The notes beneath the pieces are model-generated. The model did no database searches. It was given only the letters and a program-made list of their open reading frames with translations, and was not told the DNA's origin. A program made the translations under genes and the position numbers. Positions 36,101-47,200 of a stretch of DNA of 64,000 nucleotides are shown piece by piece (the stretch's first letter is position 1; each line of letters begins with the position of its first letter). Origin of the DNA: Chrysemys picta bellii (Eukaryota); assembly GCF_011386835.1 (NCBI RefSeq), contig NC_088814.1, positions 3,968,001 to 4,032,000 on the forward strand, written 5' to 3'.

Positions 36101-39100
36101 CCCTTGCAGTAAGTGCCCGTCCCCTAGGGGGCAGCTATGAGCATGGGGGCAGAGCGCGCTGGCAGAGGGTCTTGCGAGCCAGGCGTGTTGAAGCCAGGGG
36201 GAAGGGGGGGCTGCCCTGAGTCCCCGTGGGGACTGGTGTTGGCCCCTCACTGACTCTGAATGGGCTGGCGGGGGGAGGGTTGGGCCAGGCCGATGCGCCA
36301 GGGTCTCGGCTCCAGGCTCGGCACAGCGAAACCCACCCTGGCTGCCCTGGGGGTGGTGCTGGTAGGACACCCCGGCCACAGGGCGGAGAATGGGGGGCAG
36401 CAGTCTCCTCGCCAGCTGCCCTGTGGTGGGCAATGATGCGGGGACGGGAGGCTGTACGGGGCTGGCATATCTTCCCTCCCCCCCCGATTAACATCACCCT
36501 GTCCCCTATCTCTGTCCCCCCAGACCCGGAGACAGGATCATGCTGGTCGATGACTCCAATGAAGACTGGTGGAAGGTCAGTGAGCGCGCCTGGGGGCTGT
36601 GGGGAGGGGCTGTGGGGTTGGGGTTGGGGGTCGGGAGGGGTTGGGGTCGGGGAGGGTGCAGAGGCTGAGGGACAGCAGGGGGGCGGGCAGGGAGGGCTCA
36701 GGGGTTTCTGGGGTCTTGGAGAACAAGGGCAGAGATTTCAAAAAGGGGCCCCCCAAGGCCACATCAGTCCCCCAAAGCAACCTCCTGCTCTGCTCCACTC
36801 CCCCTGGCTGGCCCAGCTGGGGGCAGGGCTCCCGCATTTCTGCAGCAGTGAGGAGCGGCTGGGAAGGAAATAAATGGGGCCATAAATCTATCTCGGAAGC
36901 CAGCCAGCGAGATGCTGCAGCATCCTCACATGTAGCCCCCCTGGCACAGGGCGGAGGTTGGAGGGGCAGACTGACTGGGGGGAGGGGCAGATTGGGGGGG
37001 TGGAGAGGCAGATCCAGCGTGGGGGGTGGGGAGGGTGGAGGGGCAGATCGAGGGGGGGGGTGTAGGCATTATCGGAGGGGTGGAGGGGCAGATCGAGTGG
37101 GGGGAGGGGCAGATTGAGGGGGGGGGTGGATGGAGGGGCAGATCGAGCAGGGGGGCATGGTGGGGGGGTGCAGGGGCAGATCGAGCCGGGCTGGGGCGGG
37201 AGGAAGGGTTAACTCGGGACATGGTGACTGGGAACCGGGGTCGACACCCCCTTCACCCTGGTGTCGCCTCCTGCACTCAGCGGGGGTCCCTGCCCCCCTG
37301 GGCTTCACTGGCGCCCCCCCCGTCCTGGGTGAGATCCCCCCCCCATCGCCCTGGCAGGCCGAGTCCCCCCTGCTGTGCCCCGTCCCCGGAGCAGGTGGGC
37401 AGGCGCCCGGCTCCACGCACGGGCACACGCACATTGGGCTGCCTCTCCCGGTTGCCATGGGGACGGACCCCCCAGCTGACGTGGCAGCTCTGAGCGTGGG
37501 TGCGAGACGCGTGGCTGGGCCTGGCCCCTGCCAGCAGGGTGGGGTCGGGGGCAAACCCCACAGGCCTCAGCCGGGTGCGCTGCTTTCCTGCCCTTCCTCG
37601 CCTGGCACGGCCGCCCCGTGTTAACGTGTTAGGGGGGGCGGCAGGTGTCAGGCAGCGCCATGTGTGTGTGTGTGTGTGTGTGTGTTGGGCTCTGTGTGTG
37701 TGGTGTATGTGTGTTGGGCAGCGCTGTGTGTGTGTGTTGGGCAGCGCTGTGTGTGTGTGTCTGTGTTGGGCGGTGCAGTGTGTGTTGGGCAGCGCTGTGT
37801 GTGTGTTGGGTGGTGCTCTGTGTGTGTGTGTGTGTGTGTGGTGTATGTGTGTTGGGCAGCGCTGTGTGTTGGGCAGCGCTGTGTGTGTGTGGTGTGTGTG
37901 TGTTGGGCAGCGCTGTGTGTGTGTGTGTGGTGTGTGTGTGTCTGTGTTGGGCAGCGCTGTGTGTGTGTTGGGTGGTGCTCTGTGTGTGTGTGTGTGTGTG
38001 GTGTATGTGTGTTGGGCAGCGCTGTGTGTTGGGCAGCGCTGTGTGTGTGTGTGTGTGGTGTGTGTGTGTCTGTGTTGGGCAGCGCTGTGTGTGTGTTGGG
38101 TGGTGTTCTGTGTGTGTGTGTTGGGCGGCACTAGTGTTGCGCTGTGTGTGTGAGATGCAGCTGAACTCTCCCAGGCGATGGAGCCGCAGTCTAACAACCT
38201 CCCATCTCCCATCCCCCCCTGCCTGGGAAGCTCCTTCTCTGGGGCCTGCCCTCCGCACACCCCCCAGGTCCTCACCCCCCCGCCCCCAGGTCCTCCTCCC
38301 CTGGTTAAACTGGCCACGCCCCCCTTTGGCGGGTGATGCCAAGAGGGACCCTCCAGCGCGACCAGGCGATGGGGGGGGGTAACGGGCCATGGAGTCGCTG
38401 ACCGTGAGGGCTGGGGTCCCGGCCTGGCTGGGAATTGGAGCTCAAGGCAATGCCGGCTGGGGGCGCCAGGCTGCCCCGTAGAGGCACTGACCCATCTGCC
38501 CCCCTGGTCCTGGAGCCCAGAGCCGCCAGCTCCCTGCTCCGAGCCCAGCCCAGCCAGAAGCTATGGGCGTCTTGGGGCTCTGCTGGCGTCGGCCCTGTGC
38601 CCAGCCCAGGGGTCTCCATGTGGCGGGGCAGCGGGGGGACGGTTGGCAGGCGGGGTCCGGGGGGCCGTCGACCTCACGCCCCCAACTTGCCATTGCAGGG
38701 CAAGATCGGCGACCGGGTGGGCTTCTTCCCGGCCAACTTCGTGCAGAGAGTGCGCCCGGGCGAGAGCGTCTGGAAGTGCTGCCGGCCCTTCTACGGCAAC
38801 AAGGAGCAGGGACAGATGAGCCTCAAGGAGAGCCAGGTATGGGGGGGGGGCTGTGCTGGGGAGGGGTCTGGCCTGGCTGGGGAGGGCAGTGCTGGGGGGC
38901 AGAGCAGGGGAGGTCTCGGCGGGGCAGTCTGTGCTGGCAGAGGGGGGCTGGGCTGGGCTGCAGAATAAGGGGGGGCTGGGCTGGGGGGGAAGGAGGTGGG
39001 GGGAGTCTGTGATGAGGGACAGAGTGGGACGGGGTGTCTGCTGGTGGGGGTCTATGCTGGGGGCATTGGGGGGGCTGTATTGGGGGACCGAGCAGGACGG

Positions 39101-41097
39101 GGGGTCTGTGCTGGGCAGTCTATGTTGGGGGCATTGGGGGGTCTGTACTGGGGGACAGAGCAGGACGGGGGGTCTGTGCTGGGCGGTCTATGCTGGGGGC
39201 ATTGGGGGGTCTGTACTGGGGGACAGAGCGGTCTGTGCTGGGGGGCAGAGTGGTGGGGATCTGTGCGGTGGGGAGTGTAGGACCTGTGCTGCGGGGTGCA
39301 GGTGACCCCAGTGGGGAGGCCAGCGACGTGCTTAGATGTCCCCGAGGCCAGTGGGTCTAGTCTCGCCTCCCACCCCCCTGGGACGCTGGCGCTCGAAGGA
39401 GGCTGCCATGGATCCGGGACCGGGACTCTCCATGTGCTCCGGCCCCTCCAGCTCCCGGGGCCGCGGGCGGTCGCCCTGCCTCTTCTCCGGGGGATGTTGG
39501 AGCCGAGCCCAGGCCGCGGCAGATCCCTGAGCCTCCCCAAAGGAAGGTGTGTCGCCTGTCCCCATGCTCCACCTCCTGCTGCGCCCCAGTCCCTGCCGCC
39601 CGCCGTCCTGCCGCCCAGAGCCAACAGCTGGCTCAGCCCGTCTCGGGCCGAGGCGCCTGTCAGATGCACGCGGGGGCCCGAGTGTTTGGGCTGGAGACTT
39701 CGCCGAGAGCTGCCGGGGGGGGGGGGGGGGTACAGACCCTTCGGACCAAGCCCTGGGCTGCAGTCCAGCTCTGTGGCAGTTTCCCAGATGATCTGCTGTG
39801 GGGGGGCCCAGGGCTCTTCCAGGCCCCTAGGAAGGCTCCTGACCCCTTTCCCTGTCTGGAAAGGGGCTGCCCCCTCCCTCCGCTCCGCTCAGCTGGGCTT
39901 GCTGCTCCTGCTGTTAAACTAAGCAGCTGAGGGTCTCCTGGGGTCCGGAACTGGAACACGAGAGCCTCGTAGAGCAGGAACCTTGGGCCGGATCTTTAGG
40001 TGGGTCGATCACCCAAGGCCTGTTGACTCTGATGCACCCGTGCGGATTCACCGCAGCCAGGGATCCGGCCCGTTGAGTTCAATGGAGCGAAGCCGATTTG
40101 CCCCAGCTGGGGATCCAGGCCCAGAAAGCAACGCTACCGCATCTCGTTTCGCTGTTGGCTCCGAGTGGAGGGACGTTTGCTGGGGGGACGTTTCTGTCTC
40201 TGCCCAGCGCCCGCAGCCCAGGGGACAGGCGAGAGCCCAAAGCAGGATGGTTGCTGGGCTTTGAGAGCGAGCCAGACCTAGGCCAGGCACTGGGAGCAGC
40301 AGCCTGGACCCTGCTGGCTTCATGTCTGAAGCTGTTACTTGGCAGCCGGGACCTGGGCTTTGATGGCACAAACTCGCCCGCGCTCAGCGCTTCGCTGGCG
40401 TCAGCCACCTGCTCGCTCCGTTGCTGCAGGGAATGAGTCAATCTTGCCAGGCNNNNNNNNNNNNNNNNNNNNNNNNNNNNNNNNNNNNNNNNNNNNNNNN
40501 NNNNNNNNNNNNNNNNNNNNNNNNNNNNNNNNNNNNNNNNNNNNNNNNNNNNNNNNNNNNNNNNNNNNNNNNNNNNNNNNNNNNNNNNNNNNCAAAGCAT
40601 TTCTTCTAGCAGATTTGCTTTCTTGTGGTACCTTCCTCCATTTACATCGCTGAGCGCGAGAGCAGAATTGGGCCCCTCGTTCTCTGTCTAGGCCCCGGTT
40701 ACTCCATTCCTCCCCCTGGCATCTGACTGTATCACCCGCCCCGGGACCTGAACTCCCGCCCTGCGGAGCTCAGCACAGCAATTAGCCTTTACAGCTTGAT
40801 CAAAGGACCAGCCCTTCCGCGGGCTCCTGATCTCTGGCTCAGGCACCGATGGGCGTGTGGGGGGGAGGCTGCATGCTACTGGCTCTGGCATGTGTCGAGT
40901 GTGTCCCGTTCTCAGCTGGCTTGTGCCGGATGCCTGGGTCCTGCTGACGTCATGCCCTACTCTCTCTCTCTCTCTCTCTCTCTGTCCCTCAGATCTGCGT
41001 CGGCGTGGGGAAAAGCAAGGAGAATGAGGGCTTCCTCAAGGTGACCAGCGGCAAGAAACGAGGCCTGGTGCCCGCCGACGCCCTGACGGAAATCTGA
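21199..41097 (+). CDS. STAC2: SH3 and cysteine-rich domain-containing protein 2 (C1 domain plus tandem SH3), 403 aa
   Basis: Exons: 21199-21288, 32123-32429, 32968-33065, 33527-33611, 34150-34262, 34618-34681, 34832-34893, 36011-36108, 36524-36575, 38699-38836, 40993-41097 (1212 nt, GT-AG, phases consistent). Translation [149 protein letters not shown] matches the recalled STAC2 sequence along its length. Confidence 0.96.
28950..29080 (-). mobile_element. MIR/CORE-SINE-like fragment
   Basis: gatggggaaactgaggca...gagctggga..gaacccaggagtcctg. Confidence 0.6.
30684..30800. repeat. Short tandem array, 37-38-bp unit, about 3 copies
   Basis: catggga(a/g)gtgggtgtggctaaagggtggaggtgtggc. Confidence 0.85.
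33842..33965. mobile_element. hAT-type MITE with 8-bp target-site duplication
   Basis: Terminal inverted repeats agggtgaccagat...atctggtcaccct, flanked by ATTACAGC at 33834-33841 and 33966-33973. Confidence 0.85.
34960..35340. repeat. Minisatellite, 51-bp unit, in STAC2 intron 7
   Basis: ctgccccgagccggctccc.. copies at 34968, 35019, 35070, 35121 and 35172 (one reads ctgccccaag), then decayed copies. Confidence 0.9.
35560..35930. repeat. Degenerate compound tandem repeat (gtgggcgatgggg-type units)
   Basis: Repeated gggcgatgg units with a higher-order repeat of about 139 bp (gccatagggc at 35691 and 35830). Confidence 0.8.
36960..37190. repeat. G-rich degenerate tandem repeat (ggaggggcagatcgag)
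   Basis: About 8 diverged units. Confidence 0.75.
37660..38152. repeat. (TG)n-rich compound satellite in STAC2 intron 9
   Basis: TG runs interrupted by ttgggcagcgctg and ttgggtggtgctctg. Confidence 0.95.
39040..39245. repeat. Tandem repeat, 68-bp unit, about 3 copies
   Basis: ctatg(c/t)tgggggcattgggggg at 39052, 39120 and 39188. Confidence 0.85.
40453..40592. other. Assembly gap (140 N) in STAC2 intron 10
   Basis: Run of N. The flanking exons join in frame, so no coding exon is needed inside the gap. Confidence 0.99.
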
Positions 41098-44000
41098 AGG
41101 GAGCAATTGAGTCGTCTGACCCTCTTTCTCCCGGCAACGGGGATGGGGCCTCTGTAGCCCGCCCCAGCCCAGCACTCACTAGCCTGCCCCTCACCGCTTC
41201 CCTGTGCTAGGAGCACCTCGGCTAATATAGTTTCCACACTGGACTCGGAGGGGTTTCTTCTGAGGGTGACTACTCCCAGGCTGGCACTAATGCCATCCTC
41301 TTTGCCATCTCGGTGGCCAGCAGAGGGCAGAAGCAGGTGGTGGATTAATTCCCACCCTCCTGTCTAGGCTGAGCCTGCCTGATCCTACCCCCTCCGGCTT
41401 TGTTTTTGTAGCAGGGGCAACGGATTCCCCAGCAGCATGTGTGTCAATAGCCCCACAGCGCAGCAAGTGGCAGGAGATTCTCCCAGCTGCATCTAACCCT
41501 TCGCCCCATCCCTGTCTCTGTCTTTTCCCTGGCGGGCAGCACTCCCCGGACTGAGCCCTGAGCCGGCTGCAGGAGGACGACTCCAGATCCAGCCGGCCGG
41601 GATGCCACAGGGAGGGGGCCTCCATCGCTCATAGTGCCCCCCGGCTCCCGGTAGGAGGACACTGCTGCCCACGCCGTCCCGCATGCGTAGAACGTGTGGA
41701 AATCCAACAGCTCCTGGCCGGCCTCGTGGCTCGGAGGGGCATGTGGACTGTGTGTAGCGTCTGTCTGTCTGTGCGTGTCTCCGTGTGTTAGTTAAAGCAT
41801 GGGACCTCTCGGAAACCACGTGAGTTTGTCCTTTAACCACTCAGGGCCGGAATCGTCCATGTCAAAGCAAAGGGGCAGGCCTGCATCTTCTGTGGGACCG
41901 AGGGGGGGGCTTTCTCATGACTTGGCTCTGCCTCCCTGGTTTCTTCGGCACCGGTGGCTCCTCCATGGACTCATTTACCCGACCTCAGGAATCTTCGGCC
42001 AGATCCACGGGAGACTCAAAGCACGAGGGACCCATCCCTCTCTCCAGGGCGTTCCTGGCCTATCCAGGGTCACTGCCAGCTCCTCCTCCCTCCCCCATGG
42101 GCTTTGCCATCCCTGCCCCTTGGCGGGCCGTGAACACCGTCAGCCATTTCCCTGGCCTGAGGCCAGCCCCCGTCTCTGCTCTGCACTCCCCCCTTTAGTG
42201 CAGCCCCCGACCCCCAGCTCATCTCTGCAGCCCCTCCCCATGGCTGTGGTTCAGGTGGGTCGACACCCCCGGCCTCCCCCTCCCCCTGGCTCTGTCTGGT
42301 TGTCATTGGAGCACTGGGGGCGTTACAGAGCACAGACATGGGGCAGAGCTTGTCTCCTGGGCGGGGTGACTCCTTCCCTAACTCGGGGCCATTCAGTGCT
42401 AGATTGCTGGGGAAGGGTTCCCAGGTCCCGACTCCGGGCAGATCCCTGGGCTTCCCTCCATCCTGGTGCCCTGCAGGGCCACCTCCTCGGCAAGGTCCCC
42501 CTGGCACCAGCCACGACCCCCTCCCTCCAATGTGCACACACAATCACTGCAGCCTGATGGGGGGAATCTGCCCCACTCCCAGATCAACTCACCTAAGCAA
42601 TAATGTTCGGCGCCGGTCTGGCCCCAGGGGCGCGGCGCAGCACCTGTACAGAGAGAATGCATGAGAGCTCGGCCAGTGGCCTGGCCCACCCAGTTCCACA
42701 TTAAATGTTACTATGTCGCATTCACAGCTGTGTTGGGTGATTTGTCTCTGTGCCAGTGGGGATGGCTTGCTGCAAAGGGACCCCCCTGTGCCCTGTCATT
42801 AGCCCATGAGCTTGGGACGTGCCCTTTGCCCACCCCTCAGACACCCTCCCCTCACCAGGGCACACAGGCTCTTCCAGCACCCTTCTGGGTGGGGAAGCTG
42901 AGGCATGGAGCAGCGAGACAGACTTGGGTGGCTGTTAGAGCTGGGAACGGTCACTGGGGCTGGCTTGGAGTGTCAGCCTTAGGAATAGAACCCAGGAGTC
43001 CTGGTGTATAGTCCCCTAGTCTAACCACAGAGCAATGCGCCTTCCTAGCCCTGGGAAAAGATGGATTTTTTCCTGCTTTAATCATTGGACCATGCTTTTT
43101 CCTGGAGCTGGGCCTAGAACCCAGGAGTCCTGGCTCCTTGCTATATCCACTAGCTCACATGTCCCTCAGAGCATCCCATGCTCCTGTTCTAACTGCTAGG
43201 CTATACTGCTGCCCAGGTCGGATGCGACAAGCACCTGGGGCTGCCTGGCCCTGGGAACTCTTTGCTGCACAGCTGTTTTATAAGTGGGGGGAGCAGTGGG
43301 TGCTTCAAACCAGGATGGAGGGGCAGGGACCCCAGTGCAGGACTGGCCCAGTGGGGGGTGGGACTGGAGGGGCAGCAGCAGAGCTGCGGGGGGGGGGGGG
43401 AGGGTGAGGTGCCCGGGGCTGGAAGAGCAGGGGACGCCAGGGTGGGAGTGAGGGGCATTGCCCAGAGTGCATGGCACCCAGGAGGGGACGGGCTCGTGTG
43501 GCGGGTCTGGGATGGAGGGGGGGGGGGGCAGGCAGAGGGGTGTCAATCAGTACGTGGGGGGAATTAGCCAAGCACTTGTCTGCACCATCCTAGCCTCGCA
43601 GCGCTGAGCTAACAGCAACAACCCCAGGAGCCCGGGGGGGGAGTCCGGGTGCTAAGAGCCTGCGAGGACCCACAAGGGCACTGTATTTCATGCGTCCCCG
43701 CCTCGGTTGGCAGCCTGGCTCCTGGCCACGCCGCGGAGCCCAGCACGCAGCAGAACCGGGGCTTCTTCCAAGGTAATTTATGGGGGGGGACGTGTCACCC
43801 CAGCATCCATTGAGTGTCCCGGGCAATGCAGACAGGCTGGCCCCGGGGAGGCTGCTGGGCCGGCACGCTCCTGGCTGCAGCGTCACGGCCCTGCTCCTGC
43901 AGGACGCCTGGGTTCTTTCCCAGTCCCCGGATGGGAAGGTGGGGGCAGGGTAGGGTACGAGCGTGGGCAAGCAGGACACCTGGGTTCTAGCCCCACAGCT

Positions 44001-44599
44001 TGCTAGGGAGTGGGGGTTGGGGGTTAGGGCAAGGGGGGTTAGGCATCAGGACTCCTGGGCTCTGATCCTGGCTCCCTGGGTGACCTTGGCCAAGTCACTT
44101 AGCCTCGCTGTGGTGTGGGGAGGCCCATTGCTAGGGCAGGGTCCCAGGCACGAGCGAGGTTAGCGCCGGCTTAGCTTGGCCTTGGCCCAGCGTGATGGGA
44201 GGATTACAAAAAAGCCCCCATGATGTCTCTGCCCAGCACGGCTGCCTCGGCGCTGACTGGGCCAGGGGTGGGGATATAGAGTTGCCTCAGGCCTGGGTCC
44301 CAAAGCCAGCAGCGAGACTTTGCATGAGGCAGAACGCCAGGGTGTTGCCCGGCGAGGCTCCATGTACATCCTAATCACCCGCCTCACTTCCACAGCCGGC
44401 ACGCTAAGCCAGAGCATGGTCCCCATTTTACAGCTGAGGAAACTGAGGTGAGGGAGGGTCCCCTAATTTGCTCCACAGCAAATAACTAGCAAAGCCAGGC
44501 ATAAAACCCAGGCGACCTGACAAGCAGGTGCCTGCTCTAGTCCCTCTCTAGCTTATATGGCCTCTATTACCCTGAGCACCTCACGTGCTTTAATGCCGC

Positions 44600-44735
44600 A
44601 CTGCTGGGAGGCAGACAGGGCTAGTATCTCCTTCGTACAGATGGGAAACCGAGGCACAGAGAAGCTAAGTGACTTGGCCAAGGTCATATGGGAAGTCTGT
44701 GGCAGAGCAGGGACTTGACCCTGGGTCCCAGCGCC
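44600..44735 (-). mobile_element. MIR/CORE-SINE-like element
   Basis: acagatgggaaaccgaggcacagagaagctaagtgacttggccaaggtca. Confidence 0.7.
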
Positions 44736-45029
44736 GGCCCTGCCGGTGGGATTGGGGGGGGGGGTCCGCAGGCTACTGTGACTGAGCGGAGACCCCCCCA
44801 CAAGCCCCGTCTCCTCCGTGGTCTGAGCCCTGTCCGTGGGGACGCTTGGCTCACACTCAGCAGCACGTCCCTAGGCTGGGGGAGACGCACTTTCCTGGCT
44901 CTGGCGCTTTGCGGTTCACAGCGCTTTGTTACCGGCCCTCCGTCACCCTGCGATCCAGTGCCCCAGCCCGGCCACACTTGTCACTCTAGCCAGCGCTACA
45001 GCTACCCCTGGAGCTAATCTAACCTAGCC

Positions 45030-45690
45030 AGCCAGCCCCACCCCCACCCCCACCCCCCACTCCTCTGGCCATCGATCCAGCCGCATCATCCATCCATCAT
45101 CGCCCCACACACACTCCTCTGGCCAGCCAGTCCCACACACTCTCCTCTGGCCAGCCAGCCCCCCCCCACCCATCCATCCATCCACACACACTCCACGCAC
45201 ATCATCCATCCATCCATCGCCCCACACACACTCCTCTGGCCAGCCAGCCCCACACACTCTCCTCTGGCCATCGATCCAGCCGCATCATCCATCCATCCAT
45301 CGCCCCACACACACTCCTCTGGCCAGCCAGACCCATACACACACCTCTGGCCATCGATCCACCCGCATCATCCATCCATCCATCGCCCCACACACACTCC
45401 TCTGGCCAGCCAGACCCATACACACACTCTCCTCTGGCCATCGATCCACCCGCATCATCCATCCATCCATCGCCCCACACACACTCCTCTGGCCAGCCAG
45501 CCCCCGCCCCCCCTCCATCCATCCACACACACCCCACTCACATCATCCATCCATCCGTCGCCACACACACTCTCCTCTGGCCATCCAGCCCCATACACAC
45601 TCCTCTGGCCATCTATCCATCCGCATCATCCATCCATCCATCGCCCCACACACAGACCTCTGGCCAGCCAGCTCCCCCGCCCTCCATCCA
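45030..45690. repeat. Compound minisatellite (catccatc and cacacactcctctggcc modules, about 85-bp unit)
   Basis: ggccatcgatcc recurs at about 45067, 45266, 45349 and 45436. Confidence 0.9.
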
Positions 45691-46639
45691 AGTGAGCCCT
45701 AGCGCCCGCCCCACACTTCAGCAATCCTGGGGGTTCCAGTGACCTCGCCCTTTGTAATGGCCCAGCTCGCCCCTGCCCGCTCAGACCCCCACTCTGAACT
45801 GGGATGGTTAAAACCCACCTTTGACATGTACCGTTTGAATTTTCCAGATGGGGAAACTGAGGCAGCATGCGGGACAGAGCCCCTGTGACCTCGGGGCCAG
45901 GGCATGGGCAGCAGCCCCCACAAGACGTGTCCCAGTGATGCGCCCAAGCTGCCAGGTGGCTTTGCGCGCACAGGAAGGCCATTGGAGCCAGACTGGGGCC
46001 TTCGCCCTGTAGCAGTGGGTACCTCTCCCCTAAATGCCCTGCGCCCCACTGAAACCGGCCAACCGCTGAGCCATGGGATGGGGACTGGGGGTGGGGAGGC
46101 TGATTAGCATTTGGGACCAGCACGCTCTTCCCTGCGTTGCCCTTCTCGGACCCCCCCCAGGAAACCCACTGCCACAGCTGGGTGGAAAGGCCACAGTGTG
46201 AATGGGTCGTTGTGCCTGGAGCACCTCCCAGTCCCAGAGGCCGGTGTGGGGCACTGCCCTGCCCTATGGCGAAGAGAAGCCCTTGGCGAGATTGCCTGAG
46301 TGAGCACTGCAGCCATACAAAGCTCCCCGAATAGTTCATAGCCCCGCCCCGCCCGGAGCAAAAGGCATCCTGGCTCCCTCGCTGCCGGCTCTGAGGGGCC
46401 CTGGCTGGCTCCCTGATGGCAGAGCACCCGTCTCTCTGCGCTGTGACGTGAGCAGCGGAGAGCGGCACAGACTGGGCCTGGGCAGCTCCTCTGGGCCGCA
46501 AGATAAAGGGGGGGGTAGCTGGATGAGGCAGGTGCCTGCGATGGGTGGCACCAGGCGTGTGCTGAGTGGCACGGGCTGGCGTTCTCTGCCCACTGAGTGT
46601 CTGTGTGTTTTCCTGATCGCGTCATGCAGGCGTCCCAGC

Positions 46640-47097
46640 CTGGAGGCCAGCTGTGCATGTCTGGTAATCCTGGGCGTTCCAGCTGTGCATAGCTGGTAAT
46701 CCCGGGTGTGCCAGCTGTGTGTGCATGGTACTCCTGGGTGTTCCAGCTGTGCACAGCTGGTATACCTGGGCGTTCCAGCTGTGCATGTTTGCTAGTCCTG
46801 GGCATTCAAGCGCTGTGTGTATGGCAATCCTGGGGGTTCCAGCTGTGCATGTCTGGTAATCCCGGGTGTGCCAGCTGTGTGTGAATGGTACTCCTGGGTG
46901 TTCCAGCTGTGCACATCTGGTAATCCCAGGTGTGCCAGCTGTGTGTGCATGGTACTCCTGGGTGTGCCAGCTGTGCACAGCTGGTATACCTGGGCGTTCC
47001 AGCTGTGCATGTTTGCTAGTCCTGGGCATTCAAGCGCTGTGTGTATGGCAATCCTGGGGTTCCAGATGTGAGTGCATGGTACTCCTGGGGGTTCCAG

Positions 47098-47143
<46 letters not shown>

Positions 47144-47200
47144 AACCTGGGCGTTCGAGCGCTGTGTGTATGGCAATCCTGGGGTTCCAGATGTCCAGCT
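46640..47200. repeat. 32-bp-unit minisatellite rich in CAGCTG E-boxes, with an embedded (TG)n
   Basis: CAGCTG at 46648, 46680, 46712, 46744, 46776, 46840, 46872, 46904, 46936, 46968, 47000 and 47095; (TG)n at about 47099-47141. Confidence 0.9.

Noticed and set aside
35420-36433. 337-aa minus-strand ORF antisense to STAC2 exon 8
   Set aside because: It is a low-complexity translation of a GC-rich tandem repeat with no recognisable domain.
37277-38390. Long His/Thr-rich and Cys/Val-rich ORFs on both strands
   Set aside because: They are translations of the (TG)n satellite.
21199-41097. STAC or STAC3
   Set aside because: The MTE..EKEN start, [12 protein letters not shown], [15 protein letters not shown] and the DALTEI end are STAC2-specific as recalled.
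42700-42705. ATTAAA as the STAC2 polyA signal
   Set aside because: It is possible, but a single variant hexamer 1.6 kb from the stop cannot be supported without transcript data.
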